The notes beneath the pieces were generated by a model. That model did not search any database, was not told the DNA's origin, and saw only the letters and a program-made list of their open reading frames with translations. Of a stretch of 47,483 nt of DNA, positions 28,799 through 39,377 are shown in pieces. Source of the stretch: an uncultured bacterium (GTDB lineage Bacteria; Fidelibacterota; Marinisomatia; Marinisomatales; AB-629-J13); assembly GCA_964496365.1 (NCBI GenBank), contig CAZBZK010000007.1:1-47483 (forward strand), in the 5' to 3' direction. Each line of letters begins with the position of its first letter. Within the stretch, counting starts at the first letter, position 1. A program made the translations under genes and the position numbers.

Positions 28799-30397
28799 TT
28801 ATCGTTTTAATCTGGATGCTTCATCCATGACTTCATTTAATGTTGTCATGACTCTAGATGTTGCTTGAAAACCTCTTTGAGCTTCTATCATTTGAGTAAA
28901 TTGATTTGCCAAATCCACATTGGACATCTCTAACGCTCCCGATTCTATAACGGAACCATTTTCATCTGCTGTATTGATGGAGGAATCTCCACTACTAGCC
29001 GTTTCAACATATAAACTACCTGCAACTTTTTCCAAACCATTTGAATTGGTAAAATTCGCAGTTCCAATTTGTGCTAAATCAAGTTTCTCACCATTACTAA
29101 ACAGTCCTTTTAATATTCCATTTGCATCCACATTTATTCCTGTAAGAAATCCCGCTTGAATTCCATCTTGTTTCCTCATGGAAAGACTGGAAACGGACTC
29201 GAATTGAGTTACTCCAGAATACCCATTTTCTGATGCAAAATTAAATTGAACGTTTAGGGGTGTAATTCCCGTACCCGGATCAAAGGTAAACTCTGTTGAA
29301 CCATCTTCATATTCAAATGATTGAAAATTTCCATTTGAATCAAACGATAGCATACCAGTTTCACCATTCAAAATTGTTTCAGAACCATTCACTTCTACTT
29401 GAACTTTCCATTCACCAGAATTTTCTGTTTTTTCTAAATTTATCGTTAATTCATGTGCCTGCCCCAATGAATCATAAACCACCATGGAAGTTTTAACAAT
29501 GGGAATATATCCTGACGTGAGATTTGCAAATCCCGGAAAATCACCCATACCGATATTATCAGTGTCTTCAGTAATTTCGATTGATGTTTGACTCAATCCA
29601 GTTTCTTGATCGGTCATCACAATTTTTCCATCCCGCAATATTACCTTAGATTGATTCCCAAATGTTTCGTCTATTTTATTCATCAAATCTTGTATGGTAA
29701 TTCCATCATAGGACTCACCAAATATAAATGATGAAGATACTTCCGTCCCTTCTCTATTGGTCCCGGAAATTAAAAGTTTATCTTCTTCCTGAAATGCTTT
29801 AGAAATTTGCATGAGGTTATTTATTTCAGTGGATTCAACAGCATATTCCTCCATTCCATTTGACATCATAGTTAAAGCACGAATACTAGACCATTCTTCC
29901 TTTGCAGGAGTTAATCCTGCATTCAAATTTCCATTTAACCAAACATTATTGGTTGATTTTGCATTTGACATTAAATTTTGATCAATGACGATATCGCCAA
30001 TTTCTGCACTTTTCTTTGAGCTATCATTTGGATCTATTGTCCAACCTTGTACTGGAAATTTTTGCCCATTAATTAAGGTACCATCATTTTCAAATGAGAA
30101 ACCACCATCTCTTGTAAAATATTTATCTTCACCATCTTTTAATATAAAAAATGAATTTCCTTGAATCGCTAAATCGGTTACAATTCCTGTTGATTGGAAC
30201 GCTCCTTGATTAAATGGAGTTTGAGTAATTCCAATCGTAGAACCAAATTGTTCGGCAAATGTCATTCGTGAGGATTTGTAGCCAATTGTATTTATATTAG
30301 CAATATTATTACCTATCATTTCCAGTTTTGATTGCTGGGCATTTAATCCCGATAAGGCAGTTGAGAAACCATCTATATTTTGATTTGTTGTAGTCAT
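28799..30397 (-). CDS. flgE: Hook protein FlgE
   Basis: IGNNIANINTIGYK, FTRDGGF, GNLNA, VYDSLG and GALEMSNVDLANQFTQMIEAQRGFQA. Confidence 0.95.
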   Translation of the reverse strand: MTTTNQNIDGFSTALSGLNAQQSKLEMIGNNIANINTIGYKSSRMTFAEQFGSTIGITQTPFNQGAFQSTGIVTDLAIQGNSFFILKDGEDKYFTRDGGFSFENDGTLINGQKFPVQGWTIDPNDSSKKSAEIGDIVIDQNLMSNAKSTNNVWLNGNLNAGLTPAKEEWSSIRALTMMSNGMEEYAVESTEINNLMQISKAFQEEDKLLISGTNREGTEVSSSFIFGESYDGITIQDLMNKIDETFGNQSKVILRDGKIVMTDQETGLSQTSIEITEDTDNIGMGDFPGFANLTSGYIPIVKTSMVVYDSLGQAHELTINLEKTENSGEWKVQVEVNGSETILNGETGMLSFDSNGNFQSFEYEDGSTEFTFDPGTGITPLNVQFNFASENGYSGVTQFESVSSLSMRKQDGIQAGFLTGINVDANGILKGLFSNGEKLDLAQIGTANFTNSNGLEKVAGSLYVETASSGDSSINTADENGSVIESGALEMSNVDLANQFTQMIEAQRGFQATSRVMTTLNEVMDEASRLKR

Positions 30398-30420
30398 ATT
30401 TTTCCCGGTTAATTAATTTA

Positions 30421-30834
30421 TTACACGACGCTTAATGCATCAAGATTTGAAAAAACATTATTTTGTAATTTACTTTCACTAACGGATGAAATGATGGTTT
30501 GGTTTTTCACATTCATTACAAATGCAATGGAATCCATCATTAATAATCCGGATGATACATGTTCATTTTTTAATTTTTCCAAACCATTTTCCAATCGTTT
30601 CATTTGTTCATTTGATAATGGCCCATGTATAGTTTCCAATTGTTTAAAAGCGTTTTCTGAAAAGCGAATTGAGTTATCCTCAAGTATTTTTTTATCCAAT
30701 ATATTCTGAAATGATTTTGTGTCAAAATCTGGATTTAATTGTTCGATATTCATCGAAGGATTAGATGAATCTTTGATAGGTCTCGATTGTAATTCGTGAA
30801 TATGTGTTTGGGATTGTAAAACGCCTATTCGCAT
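30421..30834 (-). CDS. Flagellar operon protein, TIGR02530-like (divergent)
   Basis: IRFS..A...LS.EQM.RLE...LLMMD..AFVMNVKNQTII...NVFSNLD pattern; lies between flgD and flgE. Confidence 0.8.
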   Translation of the reverse strand: MRIGVLQSQTHIHELQSRPIKDSSNPSMNIEQLNPDFDTKSFQNILDKKILEDNSIRFSENAFKQLETIHGPLSNEQMKRLENGLEKLKNEHVSSGLLMMDSIAFVMNVKNQTIISSVSESKLQNNVFSNLDALSVV

Positions 30835-30837
30835 TAT

Positions 30838-31518
30838 TTAATTCTCTATTTGATTAATTTCTATAACTTGATTAAACGGAATCTCTTTATCATTCACCAC
30901 AAAGACCGCTGTCCCATCTGTATATTTTATTCCTGTAATAATACCTTTGATCATGGGTACATAATCAACTGAATCTCCATTGGAATCTTCTGCTATAATT
31001 TGGAAATCATATTCACCTTGAGGTACGTCACGACCATTCTCAGTTTCCCCATTCCAGTCAACATGGTGTACTCCTTTTGGTGTTGCTCCTAATTTTATTT
31101 TGTTTATAACGTTTCCTGCTTTATCTAAAATATTGACTGAAACGTTTTCAGCTTGACTGTTCAATTGAAAGGAAATTTCAACTGGTTGATCCTTGACATA
31201 GGAAATTCTGTTACCCGATGCTGACACACCCTTTCCAATAAATGTTGTTGCCATTGTGTTATTAATAGCTTGAGTGAGCATTAAGTCAACCTGCATACTT
31301 TCTTCCATCATTCCACTCATATTTGTAAGTTGTTCCAATGAACTAAACTGGGCAAGTTGAGAAGCAAAATCTTGACTATTCATAGGAGACATAGGATCTT
31401 GGTGTTTTAATTGTTCAACCAATAATTTTAAAAACTCATCTTTTTTCATGGAATTATTTCCAAGACTGGTTAACTCGGATTGATTAGTGGCATTGGTTAA
31501 TAGTGATACTTCGTTCAT
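30838..31518 (-). CDS. flgD: Hook capping protein FlgD
   Basis: [28 protein letters not shown] and Ig-like WNGETENG...GEY. Confidence 0.96.
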   Translation of the reverse strand: MNEVSLLTNATNQSELTSLGNNSMKKDEFLKLLVEQLKHQDPMSPMNSQDFASQLAQFSSLEQLTNMSGMMEESMQVDLMLTQAINNTMATTFIGKGVSASGNRISYVKDQPVEISFQLNSQAENVSVNILDKAGNVINKIKLGATPKGVHHVDWNGETENGRDVPQGEYDFQIIAEDSNGDSVDYVPMIKGIITGIKYTDGTAVFVVNDKEIPFNQVIEINQIEN

Positions 31519-31532
31519 ACTGTTCTTTCTCT

Positions 31533-32441
31533 TCAGGCTATTATTTCTATGGTATTATATCCAAATTTTCGCATAACGGGATCGGCTAATTGAATATCGT
31601 TTTTATCTTCAATCTCTATTGAAATATTTTGTGTGAAAGTTTTTGTATTTTGTCCTTCTTCTTTGTTTGGATTGACCTCAACATTAAATGACTTAAATTT
31701 CATTCCTTTTTCATTTAAATTTTCTTTTATTTCAGGAATGAGTTTTTCGAAATCTGATTTTAGAGATTCCGATTCTACAAACACTATTGCTTTTGTTAGT
31801 GCAAATTTTTGACTCAATTTTATTTCTAATTCACCTAACGGTCCAGCATTCAATTTGTAGGTAGCGTTTTGTGCGTTATTGTTTACATAATTTTGATTAA
31901 CAATTTGAGTTATTTTAGAAATCACTTGTATTCTATTAATGGATTGAACGGATTTCAATTGAAATTGGGAATAATTCATATTTTTTACATCATAAAAGGT
32001 CGGTATTTTTACATTTATTCCGTTTGTAGAATTCGATTTAAGTGATCCCAGATTTTTGAATGAATTTTCTAATGCTGTTTTTTTACTGTCAACAATATTT
32101 TTAGATGCTGAATTAGATTTTGGATTGTCATCTACTTTTTCTGTTAATGACTTTTCACCTTGTTTTTGATTTTCAACATTGGATGTAAATTGTTTATCTA
32201 ATTTTTCTGTATGATTATTTTTTGGTAATATTTGTGAATCAGACATTCCATATGTATCACCAAACTTCTTTAATACGGTCTTATTCACTTTGCCACTTAA
32301 CTCAGTATTTTTCAAAAATTGAATAATAATCGGTTGAAATGACGAAGCAAACCCATGTTCAGGTTGAGGCATATCTGTTCCGTCAGAATTGGATTTAACC
32401 TCCATATTTGTATCTGGTATATCAACGAGATTCAATTTCAA
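31533..32441 (-). CDS. fliK: Hook-length control protein FliK
   Basis: Low-complexity N-half and C-terminal T3S4-like [13 protein letters not shown]...L.E.G; directly upstream of flgD. Confidence 0.78.
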   Translation of the reverse strand: MKLNLVDIPDTNMEVKSNSDGTDMPQPEHGFASSFQPIIIQFLKNTELSGKVNKTVLKKFGDTYGMSDSQILPKNNHTEKLDKQFTSNVENQKQGEKSLTEKVDDNPKSNSASKNIVDSKKTALENSFKNLGSLKSNSTNGINVKIPTFYDVKNMNYSQFQLKSVQSINRIQVISKITQIVNQNYVNNNAQNATYKLNAGPLGELEIKLSQKFALTKAIVFVESESLKSDFEKLIPEIKENLNEKGMKFKSFNVEVNPNKEEGQNTKTFTQNISIEIEDKNDIQLADPVMRKFGYNTIEIIA

Positions 32442-32994
32442 TTCCCTCTTCTTTTTTTACACCTGCTAATATTTCTGTTATTTTTGCAGCTCGCTTGGGG
32501 TTCAACGCTTTAAAGATTGACTTTTTACTACGATTACTCATGCTTTGATAGATAGCAATTACCGTGCCATCATCAACATTCGATAAAATGGGCTTCATTT
32601 CTTCCGGTTTCATAGATTCATAGGTTTTAGCTAATACTTTAATTGATATGGATTTATTTTTTAAGGTTTCCACTTCATCTAACAATCTCTTATACTCATC
32701 TATATTATCAGTTATAAGGTTGTCCTTAAATAATATTTCAGATTCTAAACTGTCTATTTTTAATTGTGTGGACATGGAGTCTTCTTTGCATTTATCATAC
32801 ATAATAGTTATGGAATCTAATTTTGTAAACACAGGTGGAATCGAATCAAGCAAGGAGTCCGCAGCATATTCTCCAATTAAATCGGAAGTATTTTCCACAT
32901 CCTCATTCTGATTAAAAAAGAAAAAATAAGCAAGACTTCCTCCCACTACGAACACTAGTACCAATATCAGAACCCATAAAATGATTTTTTTCAT
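32422..32994 (-). CDS. MotE/FlbB/YlxF-like flagellar protein (TM, coiled coil, MgtE-N-like repeats)
   Basis: LAKTYESMKPEE...L...M...I..ALNPKRAAKI; lies between fliJ and fliK. Confidence 0.8.
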   Translation of the reverse strand: MKKIILWVLILVLVFVVGGSLAYFFFFNQNEDVENTSDLIGEYAADSLLDSIPPVFTKLDSITIMYDKCKEDSMSTQLKIDSLESEILFKDNLITDNIDEYKRLLDEVETLKNKSISIKVLAKTYESMKPEEMKPILSNVDDGTVIAIYQSMSNRSKKSIFKALNPKRAAKITEILAGVKKEEGIEIESR

Positions 32995-33437
32995 GATTCA
33001 TCTAATCCAATTTTTTGGGATTTTCGATTAGCAATTTCATCCGTTTTCTTTCTATCATATCTTTTAATATTTTTTTTATGTTCATCAAATTTTCGTTCTT
33101 TTAATTTTTCCACTGCTTTTTTATCCTTAGATGCAGATTTTAATTTTCCTAATCTGTTTTCAATCTCTTTTTCCGCTACATTAATTTGATGCTCTTCTCC
33201 TTCAATTTCTTTGTTTATTTGATTTAAATAATCAGTAGAAATACTTAGTTGGTTTACTGTCAACTTTTCATGATTTCCATTTATAATTAATTGCTTTTTG
33301 TCCTCTATATTTTCAAGATTTTTTTCTAACTCTTTCTTTTTCTTTCTTGATTGACTTAGTGCTTCTGTTTTCTGATTTTCAATTTTTTTCCGATAATCAA
33401 GAACTTTTTCCAGAGGAAATAAAAATGTTTTACCCAT
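32991..33437 (-). CDS. fliJ: Export stalk protein FliJ
   Basis: FLFPLEKVLDYR start, coiled coil and KAVEKLKE...DEIA; follows fliI. Confidence 0.9.
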   Translation of the reverse strand: MGKTFLFPLEKVLDYRKKIENQKTEALSQSRKKKKELEKNLENIEDKKQLIINGNHEKLTVNQLSISTDYLNQINKEIEGEEHQINVAEKEIENRLGKLKSASKDKKAVEKLKERKFDEHKKNIKRYDRKKTDEIANRKSQKIGLDES

Positions 33438-33439
33438 AT

Positions 33440-34759
33440 TTATTTATTTAGAATATTCGATAATGTTTTTAGAGTACTTTCAAAATCAGACGGTTCATCG
33501 ATACCTTGGCGTAATAATAGATCAATTTCTGATTTTAGTTTGATTGCAAGATCCACTTTTGAATTACTTCCTGATGAATAAGCTCCAATGGAGATCATAT
33601 CCTCTGCTTCTTTATATTCTGAAAGTAATTCCAAAATTTTACGTGATGAATAAAGGTGTGATTCATCACATATATCAGGAAATAACCGACTGACACTTTC
33701 CAAGACATCCACAGCTGGGAAATGACCTTTAGTCGATAATTTTCTAGACAAAATGAAATGTCCATCCAAAATTGATCTAACCGTATCACTAATTGGGTCA
33801 TCCATGTCATCACCCTCTACCAATACTGAATATAATCCTGTAATACTCCCTACTTTTCCGGCTCCTGTCCGTTCTAATAATCGTGGTAAAAATGAAAATA
33901 CTGATGGTGTAAAACCCTTTGTTGTAGGAGGCTCTCCAACTGCTAAACCAATTTCACGTTGTGCCATAGCTACTCGAGTTAAGGAATCCATCATGAACAT
34001 GACATCCTTTCCCTGATTACGAAAATACTCTGCGATTGCAGTGGAGATTAATGAACCCTTTATTCTTTCCATCGCAGATTGATCTGAAGTAGCAACTACT
34101 ACAACCGATCGTTTTAATCCCTCAGGACCTAAATCTCTTTCAATAAATTCTCTTACCTCCCGTCCCCGTTCACCAATTAAGGCAATTACATTCACTTCTG
34201 CACGAGTAAACCGAGAGATCATACCTAACAACACACTTTTTCCCACTCCGCTTCCTGAAAATATTCCAACTCTTTGTCCTTTTCCCAAAGTAAGAAATCC
34301 ATCAATTGAGCGAATTCCTGTTGCCATTACTTCCTTAATTCTCTGTCTTTCCAAAGGATTTGGTGGATTATTGTAAACGGGTTGAAATGTGGATTCAACT
34401 ATGGGTCCTTTTCCATCAATGGGATTCCCCATTCCATCAAGAATTCTACCCATTAAAGAAAGTCCAACTGGAATCTTCATAGGTTGGGAATTAACAGATA
34501 CAGGACTTCCCGGAGATACTCCCATTATTTCACCGAAAGGCATCATAAGTATTTTATCCCCTCTAAAGCCAACAATTTCTGTCTGCAAAATCCGATTATC
34601 TTTAGTTCGAATAGAACACAAATCACCTAAAGAACCTTCAATGCCCGTAGCTTCAATCACCATACCAATAATTTGAGAAATTCTTCCTTCAGAAGAAATG
34701 GTATCCACAATATCAATGGAATCTAAAATAGAATTAAATTTTTTATCCTTTAATTCCAT
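33440..34759 (-). CDS. fliI: Export ATPase FliI
   Basis: GSGVGKS, LIGERGREVREF, MDSLTR.AMAQREIGL and LDGHFILSR. Confidence 0.97.
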   Translation of the reverse strand: MELKDKKFNSILDSIDIVDTISSEGRISQIIGMVIEATGIEGSLGDLCSIRTKDNRILQTEIVGFRGDKILMMPFGEIMGVSPGSPVSVNSQPMKIPVGLSLMGRILDGMGNPIDGKGPIVESTFQPVYNNPPNPLERQRIKEVMATGIRSIDGFLTLGKGQRVGIFSGSGVGKSVLLGMISRFTRAEVNVIALIGERGREVREFIERDLGPEGLKRSVVVVATSDQSAMERIKGSLISTAIAEYFRNQGKDVMFMMDSLTRVAMAQREIGLAVGEPPTTKGFTPSVFSFLPRLLERTGAGKVGSITGLYSVLVEGDDMDDPISDTVRSILDGHFILSRKLSTKGHFPAVDVLESVSRLFPDICDESHLYSSRKILELLSEYKEAEDMISIGAYSSGSNSKVDLAIKLKSEIDLLLRQGIDEPSDFESTLKTLSNILNK

Positions 34760-35430
34760 TTCATATACTCTTGTTTTAGATGTTTTGTCAGAATATTCAA
34801 TTGATGATCCAAAGTTGCATCAATAAAAAATTCTTCAGATTCTATTTTACACTCACCTGGCAATAATCTGTCGTTCTTATGAAATTGTATTTTATGTTTT
34901 ATGGGAAATGAAATTTGTTCCAAAAACTTTTCCTGATTCATCTCCTTCAACCAATCTGGATTCAAATAGATATTTATTTTGGATTGGTCCATTAATCTGA
35001 GTAAAACATCTTTTAATCTTTTTGATAGATAATCAGCTATGTTTTTTTCATGATTCAATTCATGACCTAATATCTTTTTTGCTATTCGTACAGAAATATC
35101 TATTAATGAATCTTCGATAGAATTCAATCGGTTTTCATATTCGTTATTTAATCCGGAAAGCATTTGAGTAAAATCAGACGATAACTCTTTGACTCGTTCA
35201 TTCAAGTCACTTTTGGCTAACTCTCGACCTTCCTGAAAACCAGCCTGGTAGGCTGTCTCTCTGGTTTGTTCCAGTGCTTTTTCTAGAATCTCAACTTGAT
35301 CTTCCGATGACATTTCATCGCCTAAAACTACATCTGTATCATCTGGATTTGATTTTTGAATTGAATACTCTTCTCCATCATAAAATAAGTGAGTAATTGG
35401 ATGAGGTATTTTAATTGAACTTATTTCCAT
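34750..35430 (-). CDS. fliH: FliH
   Basis: AYQAGFQEG repeat, IYLNP and PGECKIES..FIDA; lies between fliG and fliI. Confidence 0.88.
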   Translation of the reverse strand: MEISSIKIPHPITHLFYDGEEYSIQKSNPDDTDVVLGDEMSSEDQVEILEKALEQTRETAYQAGFQEGRELAKSDLNERVKELSSDFTQMLSGLNNEYENRLNSIEDSLIDISVRIAKKILGHELNHEKNIADYLSKRLKDVLLRLMDQSKINIYLNPDWLKEMNQEKFLEQISFPIKHKIQFHKNDRLLPGECKIESEEFFIDATLDHQLNILTKHLKQEYMKWN

Positions 35431-35452
35431 TTAATCAGGAAATCTGAAAATG

Positions 35453-36490
35453 TTAAATTAATTCTTGTTCTTCACCACTTCTGGAAATACTTAGGTCTCC
35501 CTTGCTTTCCAGATCAAATACGACCTGTAGAACATTACTTTGGGCATTTTCAATATCTTTTAAGGTCATAGGTGGTAATACATCAATTTCATCACGAAGC
35601 ATCCCTCCAGCTCGTTCGGACATATTTTTATAAATTTTCTCTCTCAAATCCTCTTTTCCTCCTTTAAGAGCGGAAGCCAATATTTTATTATCAACTGCTC
35701 CAATAATGGCCTGAATAGCATTATCCGAAAGAGTGACAATATCATCAAACATAAATAAATACGCAGAAATTTCATTTGTTAATTCTTCATCCATATTTTT
35801 CAATCCATCCAAAATTATTTTTTGGTCTGATTGTCCTATGGCGTTTAGTAAATCAGCTGTGGACTCGACGCCACTCTTTTTCGCATCACCATCAGCGATC
35901 TCCGCACCAATTTGATCTCGCAATACAGCTTCTATATCTTCAATCAATTCAGGAGATATTTCTTCCAAAGTAGCTAGTCTGTATGCAATTTCTATTCGAT
36001 CGTTTTCAGGTAATTCAGCAAGCAATGTTGATGCATGATCAGCTTTTAAATTCGATAAAATCAAAGCAGCAGTTTGGGGATGTTCTTTTCGCATGAATTC
36101 TAAGAGCCGTTTTTTATCCACAGACCTTAATAAACTGAATGCACTAATGCCCGTTGCAATTTCTAAACGCTTAATAATATCGTCGGACTTTTTATCTCCC
36201 CATGTGTGTTCCAGCAAATCTTTTGCATAATCAAAACCGCCTTGCATTAGTGTTTCATTAGCAATCATAATTTCATAAAATTCTTGAATCACATGACCTA
36301 AAACTTCAGAGGGTATATCACGCAATTTTGCAATTTCAAAACTGATTTTTTCCACTTCAGAATCGGTCATATTTTTCATAACCTGAGCAGCATTATCTAC
36401 ACCCATTGCAATCAATAGCATGGCAGCTTTTTGTGAAGAAGATAAGTTTTCAGTAGTTAATGTATAAGGTTCAATCATAATAGAATTCAT
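35453..36490 (-). CDS. fliG: Rotor/switch protein FliG
   Basis: QKAAMLLI, GGFDYA, EHPQT, LFMFDD and ALKG...NMSERA. Confidence 0.96.
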   Translation of the reverse strand: MNSIMIEPYTLTTENLSSSQKAAMLLIAMGVDNAAQVMKNMTDSEVEKISFEIAKLRDIPSEVLGHVIQEFYEIMIANETLMQGGFDYAKDLLEHTWGDKKSDDIIKRLEIATGISAFSLLRSVDKKRLLEFMRKEHPQTAALILSNLKADHASTLLAELPENDRIEIAYRLATLEEISPELIEDIEAVLRDQIGAEIADGDAKKSGVESTADLLNAIGQSDQKIILDGLKNMDEELTNEISAYLFMFDDIVTLSDNAIQAIIGAVDNKILASALKGGKEDLREKIYKNMSERAGGMLRDEIDVLPPMTLKDIENAQSNVLQVVFDLESKGDLSISRSGEEQELI

Positions 36491-36496
36491 CTTAAA

Positions 36497-38218
36497 TTAT
36501 TTGGTTATCCATGTGTGAATTAATTTGGATGCGTTTGATGGTTTTTCTTTTGCATAGTCAATAACAGCCGTAGTCATTTTATCCTTTGCTTTCAACCGTG
36601 CTCTCGCTTCGGGACTTAATTTTTTAATGAAGATATCTTCATCAATTACTTCTTCTATATCTTTCTGATCTGAATCATTTAAATAATTACTAAACCATCC
36701 ACGTAGTGCATCTGTTGGTTTAATCTTATTTTTTTTCATGTATGTTTTGAGTTTCTCTACTTTTTCTTCTTCTTCGTCCACTGAATCATCTATTCCATCA
36801 CTCAACTGTTTATCAACCCCACTTCCCTCAGGAATTTCCGGAATCACAGATTCCTCTTCAGTTGGCTCCAACAAGGACATGAATGGAACAGATGAATCAT
36901 CTGTCCTTTTAAACAACGTTTTCATAACAAATAAAGCTACCAAAACGGATACCAATAATAATCCTTTATTGATCACACTTGCCCACATCGCACGTGTTTC
37001 CGCCTTTTCAAAATATTTTAGATCTTCCTCATAGGCTGATCTATCAAATCGAATATTTTCCACTTCGATAACGTCACCTCTTTCGGGGTTAAACCCAACT
37101 GCAGATTTAACCAAATCTGAGATTTGTTGCATTTCTTTATCTTGTCGTACTTGATATATTTTTGTCACATTTCCTTTTTCATCTTCTTCATTCACATACG
37201 TTCCATTGACCAAAACTGCTACGGTAATTCTGCTGATGTCACCGGTGGGAGACACAAAATGTTCCACAGATTTATTTAATTCATAATTAGTAAGTACATT
37301 TTCTTTGGAATAACTCGCTGAATCCTGACCAAATGATGATTCGGTTTGGCGTTCTTCACTCAGAATCACTACCTTATCCGGATCAAATGCTTCCACTGTT
37401 CTTTCTATTTTATCAAAATTTAAATCTACGGATACTTTAGCAATGGAGTTTTGATAACCGAGGACTCCGTCTAAAATATCTTGTACCTTCATTTGAAGTC
37501 GAGATTCAACAGAATTTTTTAAATCCCATTGATTTCCTGTTGATCCCATAACGGTTTTTTCCCCTTGATTATCAGATAACAAATTACCGCCTGAATCTAC
37601 TACGACAACCGCATCAGCTTCAATTCCATCTACGCTATTTGCCACCAAAGCACTTATCCCCTTAACCTGTTCTTCATCAATACTTCCACCGGGATTTAAA
37701 TATAAGACAACGGATGCTTTCCCATTTTTTTCTTTTTCAAATAATTTTTCCTCTGGAAGTGCTAAATGTACTCTGCAATTCAAAACGCCTGGAAATTGAT
37801 TTATGGTACGAGTTAATTCTCCCTCTAATGCACGCCTCATATTCAATTTTTGTTTAAACGTGGTCATACCAATTTCACTATCATCAAAAATTTCATATCC
37901 ACTAATCATATCACCCACATAACCCTGTTCTGTAAATTTTAATCTCCACTCCGATACAGATTCAGTAGGAATCAGAATAGTTTTTCCTCCATTTTCGAGA
38001 CGATATTTCACTTTTGAACTTTTCAAATCACTAACCATTTTACTTGCAGTAGTGGGGTCAATATCTGCATATAATAGTTCATATTCCGGTCGATTTGCCC
38101 AAATGACCAATGATATAATTGCAGATAACATTCCAACAAATAATGTAATCAACACAGATTTTTGTGCTGTTGAATAGCGGTTAAATATAGTTGATAATTG
38201 ATTGATAACGGTTTCCAT
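36497..38218 (-). CDS. fliF: MS-ring protein FliF
   Basis: GYEIFD, RALEGELTRTI, RVHLALP, ASVVL and SAVGFNPERGD; two TM segments. Confidence 0.96.
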   Translation of the reverse strand: METVINQLSTIFNRYSTAQKSVLITLFVGMLSAIISLVIWANRPEYELLYADIDPTTASKMVSDLKSSKVKYRLENGGKTILIPTESVSEWRLKFTEQGYVGDMISGYEIFDDSEIGMTTFKQKLNMRRALEGELTRTINQFPGVLNCRVHLALPEEKLFEKEKNGKASVVLYLNPGGSIDEEQVKGISALVANSVDGIEADAVVVVDSGGNLLSDNQGEKTVMGSTGNQWDLKNSVESRLQMKVQDILDGVLGYQNSIAKVSVDLNFDKIERTVEAFDPDKVVILSEERQTESSFGQDSASYSKENVLTNYELNKSVEHFVSPTGDISRITVAVLVNGTYVNEEDEKGNVTKIYQVRQDKEMQQISDLVKSAVGFNPERGDVIEVENIRFDRSAYEEDLKYFEKAETRAMWASVINKGLLLVSVLVALFVMKTLFKRTDDSSVPFMSLLEPTEEESVIPEIPEGSGVDKQLSDGIDDSVDEEEEKVEKLKTYMKKNKIKPTDALRGWFSNYLNDSDQKDIEEVIDEDIFIKKLSPEARARLKAKDKMTTAVIDYAKEKPSNASKLIHTWITK

Positions 38219-38236
38219 AAATTTATCCTAATGTCC

Positions 38237-38542
38237 TTAAACTTGCATTCTTTGAATTTCTTGAAATGATTGCAATAACTTATTTCTAATCTCCAACATG
38301 AGTTCAAAACTAATTTTAGCTTCTTCAACTTTTGCCATAGCTTCATGTAAATTTTCAGATTCTCCTGTGACTATTTTAGCCACATTCTCCTTTGCTTCCA
38401 CTTGTGCAGAATTGACTGCATTTAAAAATTGCCCAATGGTCTCTCCGAATGAAATTGGATTTTCTTTTTTTACTGGAATTGATTCCTGTTGTTTTATGTC
38501 AGGAATAATTATTTGATTTTGTATTTGATTTATTTCAGTCAT
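38237..38542 (-). CDS. fliE: Hook-basal body protein FliE
   Basis: LHEAM...A.ISFELMLEIRNKLLQSFQEIQRMQV. ATG at 38542 has an AGGAG RBS 7 nt upstream. Confidence 0.94.
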   Translation of the reverse strand: MTEINQIQNQIIIPDIKQQESIPVKKENPISFGETIGQFLNAVNSAQVEAKENVAKIVTGESENLHEAMAKVEEAKISFELMLEIRNKLLQSFQEIQRMQV

Positions 38543-38552
38543 TCTAATTCTC

Positions 38553-38864
38553 CTATCCACTAATATCCATTAATTGTCCTTTATGAATATGTCCAATTTC
38601 GTTTGGACCATAGAAGGCTTGTTCTTTTGGTTTTTCACTTCCAAACAATCCATGAAGCATGGCTTGTTCAGGAGCAGATAAAACGTCATTTTTGATTGCT
38701 GATAAAAAAGATGGTCCCTTTTGATACCTTGATAAATCTGGTTCAGCTATGCCATTTTTATCTACGATGTCATTTTCTGATGAACGATTTTGGATTGTTT
38801 CCGTTTGTTTATTTATGTTATCATACGGGTGGTAATTGTTTAGTTGAGTTGGATTCATTTTCAT
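38553..38864 (-). CDS. Hypothetical protein between flgC and fliE
   Basis: Fills the gap tightly; LSAPEQAML..LF, FYG and C-terminal KGQLMDISG. Confidence 0.75.
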   Translation of the reverse strand: MKMNPTQLNNYHPYDNINKQTETIQNRSSENDIVDKNGIAEPDLSRYQKGPSFLSAIKNDVLSAPEQAMLHGLFGSEKPKEQAFYGPNEIGHIHKGQLMDISG

Positions 38865-38875
38865 TATGTAAATCC

Positions 38876-39364
38876 TTAAATTTCCATAGCTTTTTTCGCC
38901 ATGTTTTTCACAGCGGTCATAACATTAACGTTGGCTTCGTAAGAACGACTCGCAGTGATCATATCCACCATTTCTTCAACTAAATTTACATTGGGCATAC
39001 GTATGTATCCATTTTTGTCTGCCATTGGATGGCGAGGATCATATAACAATTTTTCACCTTCAACTTCCACAATTTGTACATTATCTTCATAACCACCATT
39101 GATCCTGGCATTATCCTCATATCTACTTTCGGTTAAATGAAGACGATTTGTACGACGAATAGTGGATTTTAATCTACTGGAAAAATTTGTTTTCCCTACT
39201 TTTGGATTTTCAACAACAATTTTTCGCTTATAAATAGCCCCGTTTTGATCCGGAGTACGATCTGCATTTGCGATATTTTCTGAAATAGCATTCATCCGCT
39301 TCATTTCCGTGGACAAACCTCTCACAGTAGTTCGTAATGCAGAAAATATTCCTTTTACTTCCAT
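38876..39364 (-). CDS. flgC: Rod protein FlgC
   Basis: ISENIANA and YDPRHPMADKNGYIRMPNVNLVEEMVDMITASRSYEAN. Confidence 0.96.
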   Translation of the reverse strand: MEVKGIFSALRTTVRGLSTEMKRMNAISENIANADRTPDQNGAIYKRKIVVENPKVGKTNFSSRLKSTIRRTNRLHLTESRYEDNARINGGYEDNVQIVEVEGEKLLYDPRHPMADKNGYIRMPNVNLVEEMVDMITASRSYEANVNVMTAVKNMAKKAMEI

Positions 39365-39377
39365 GTGAACGATCCCT

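Noticed and set aside
32422-32994. Possible FliL or stator subunit (N-terminal TM with GGSLAYFFF)
   Set aside because: The remainder is coiled coil plus MgtE-N-like repeats in the fliJ-fliK slot, i.e. MotE/FlbB/YlxF-like. It does not fill the stator gap.
21375-38218. Non-flagellar type III secretion (injectisome) interpretation
   Set aside because: Rod, hook, L/P rings, cap and flagellin are present; no secretin, needle or translocon is seen.
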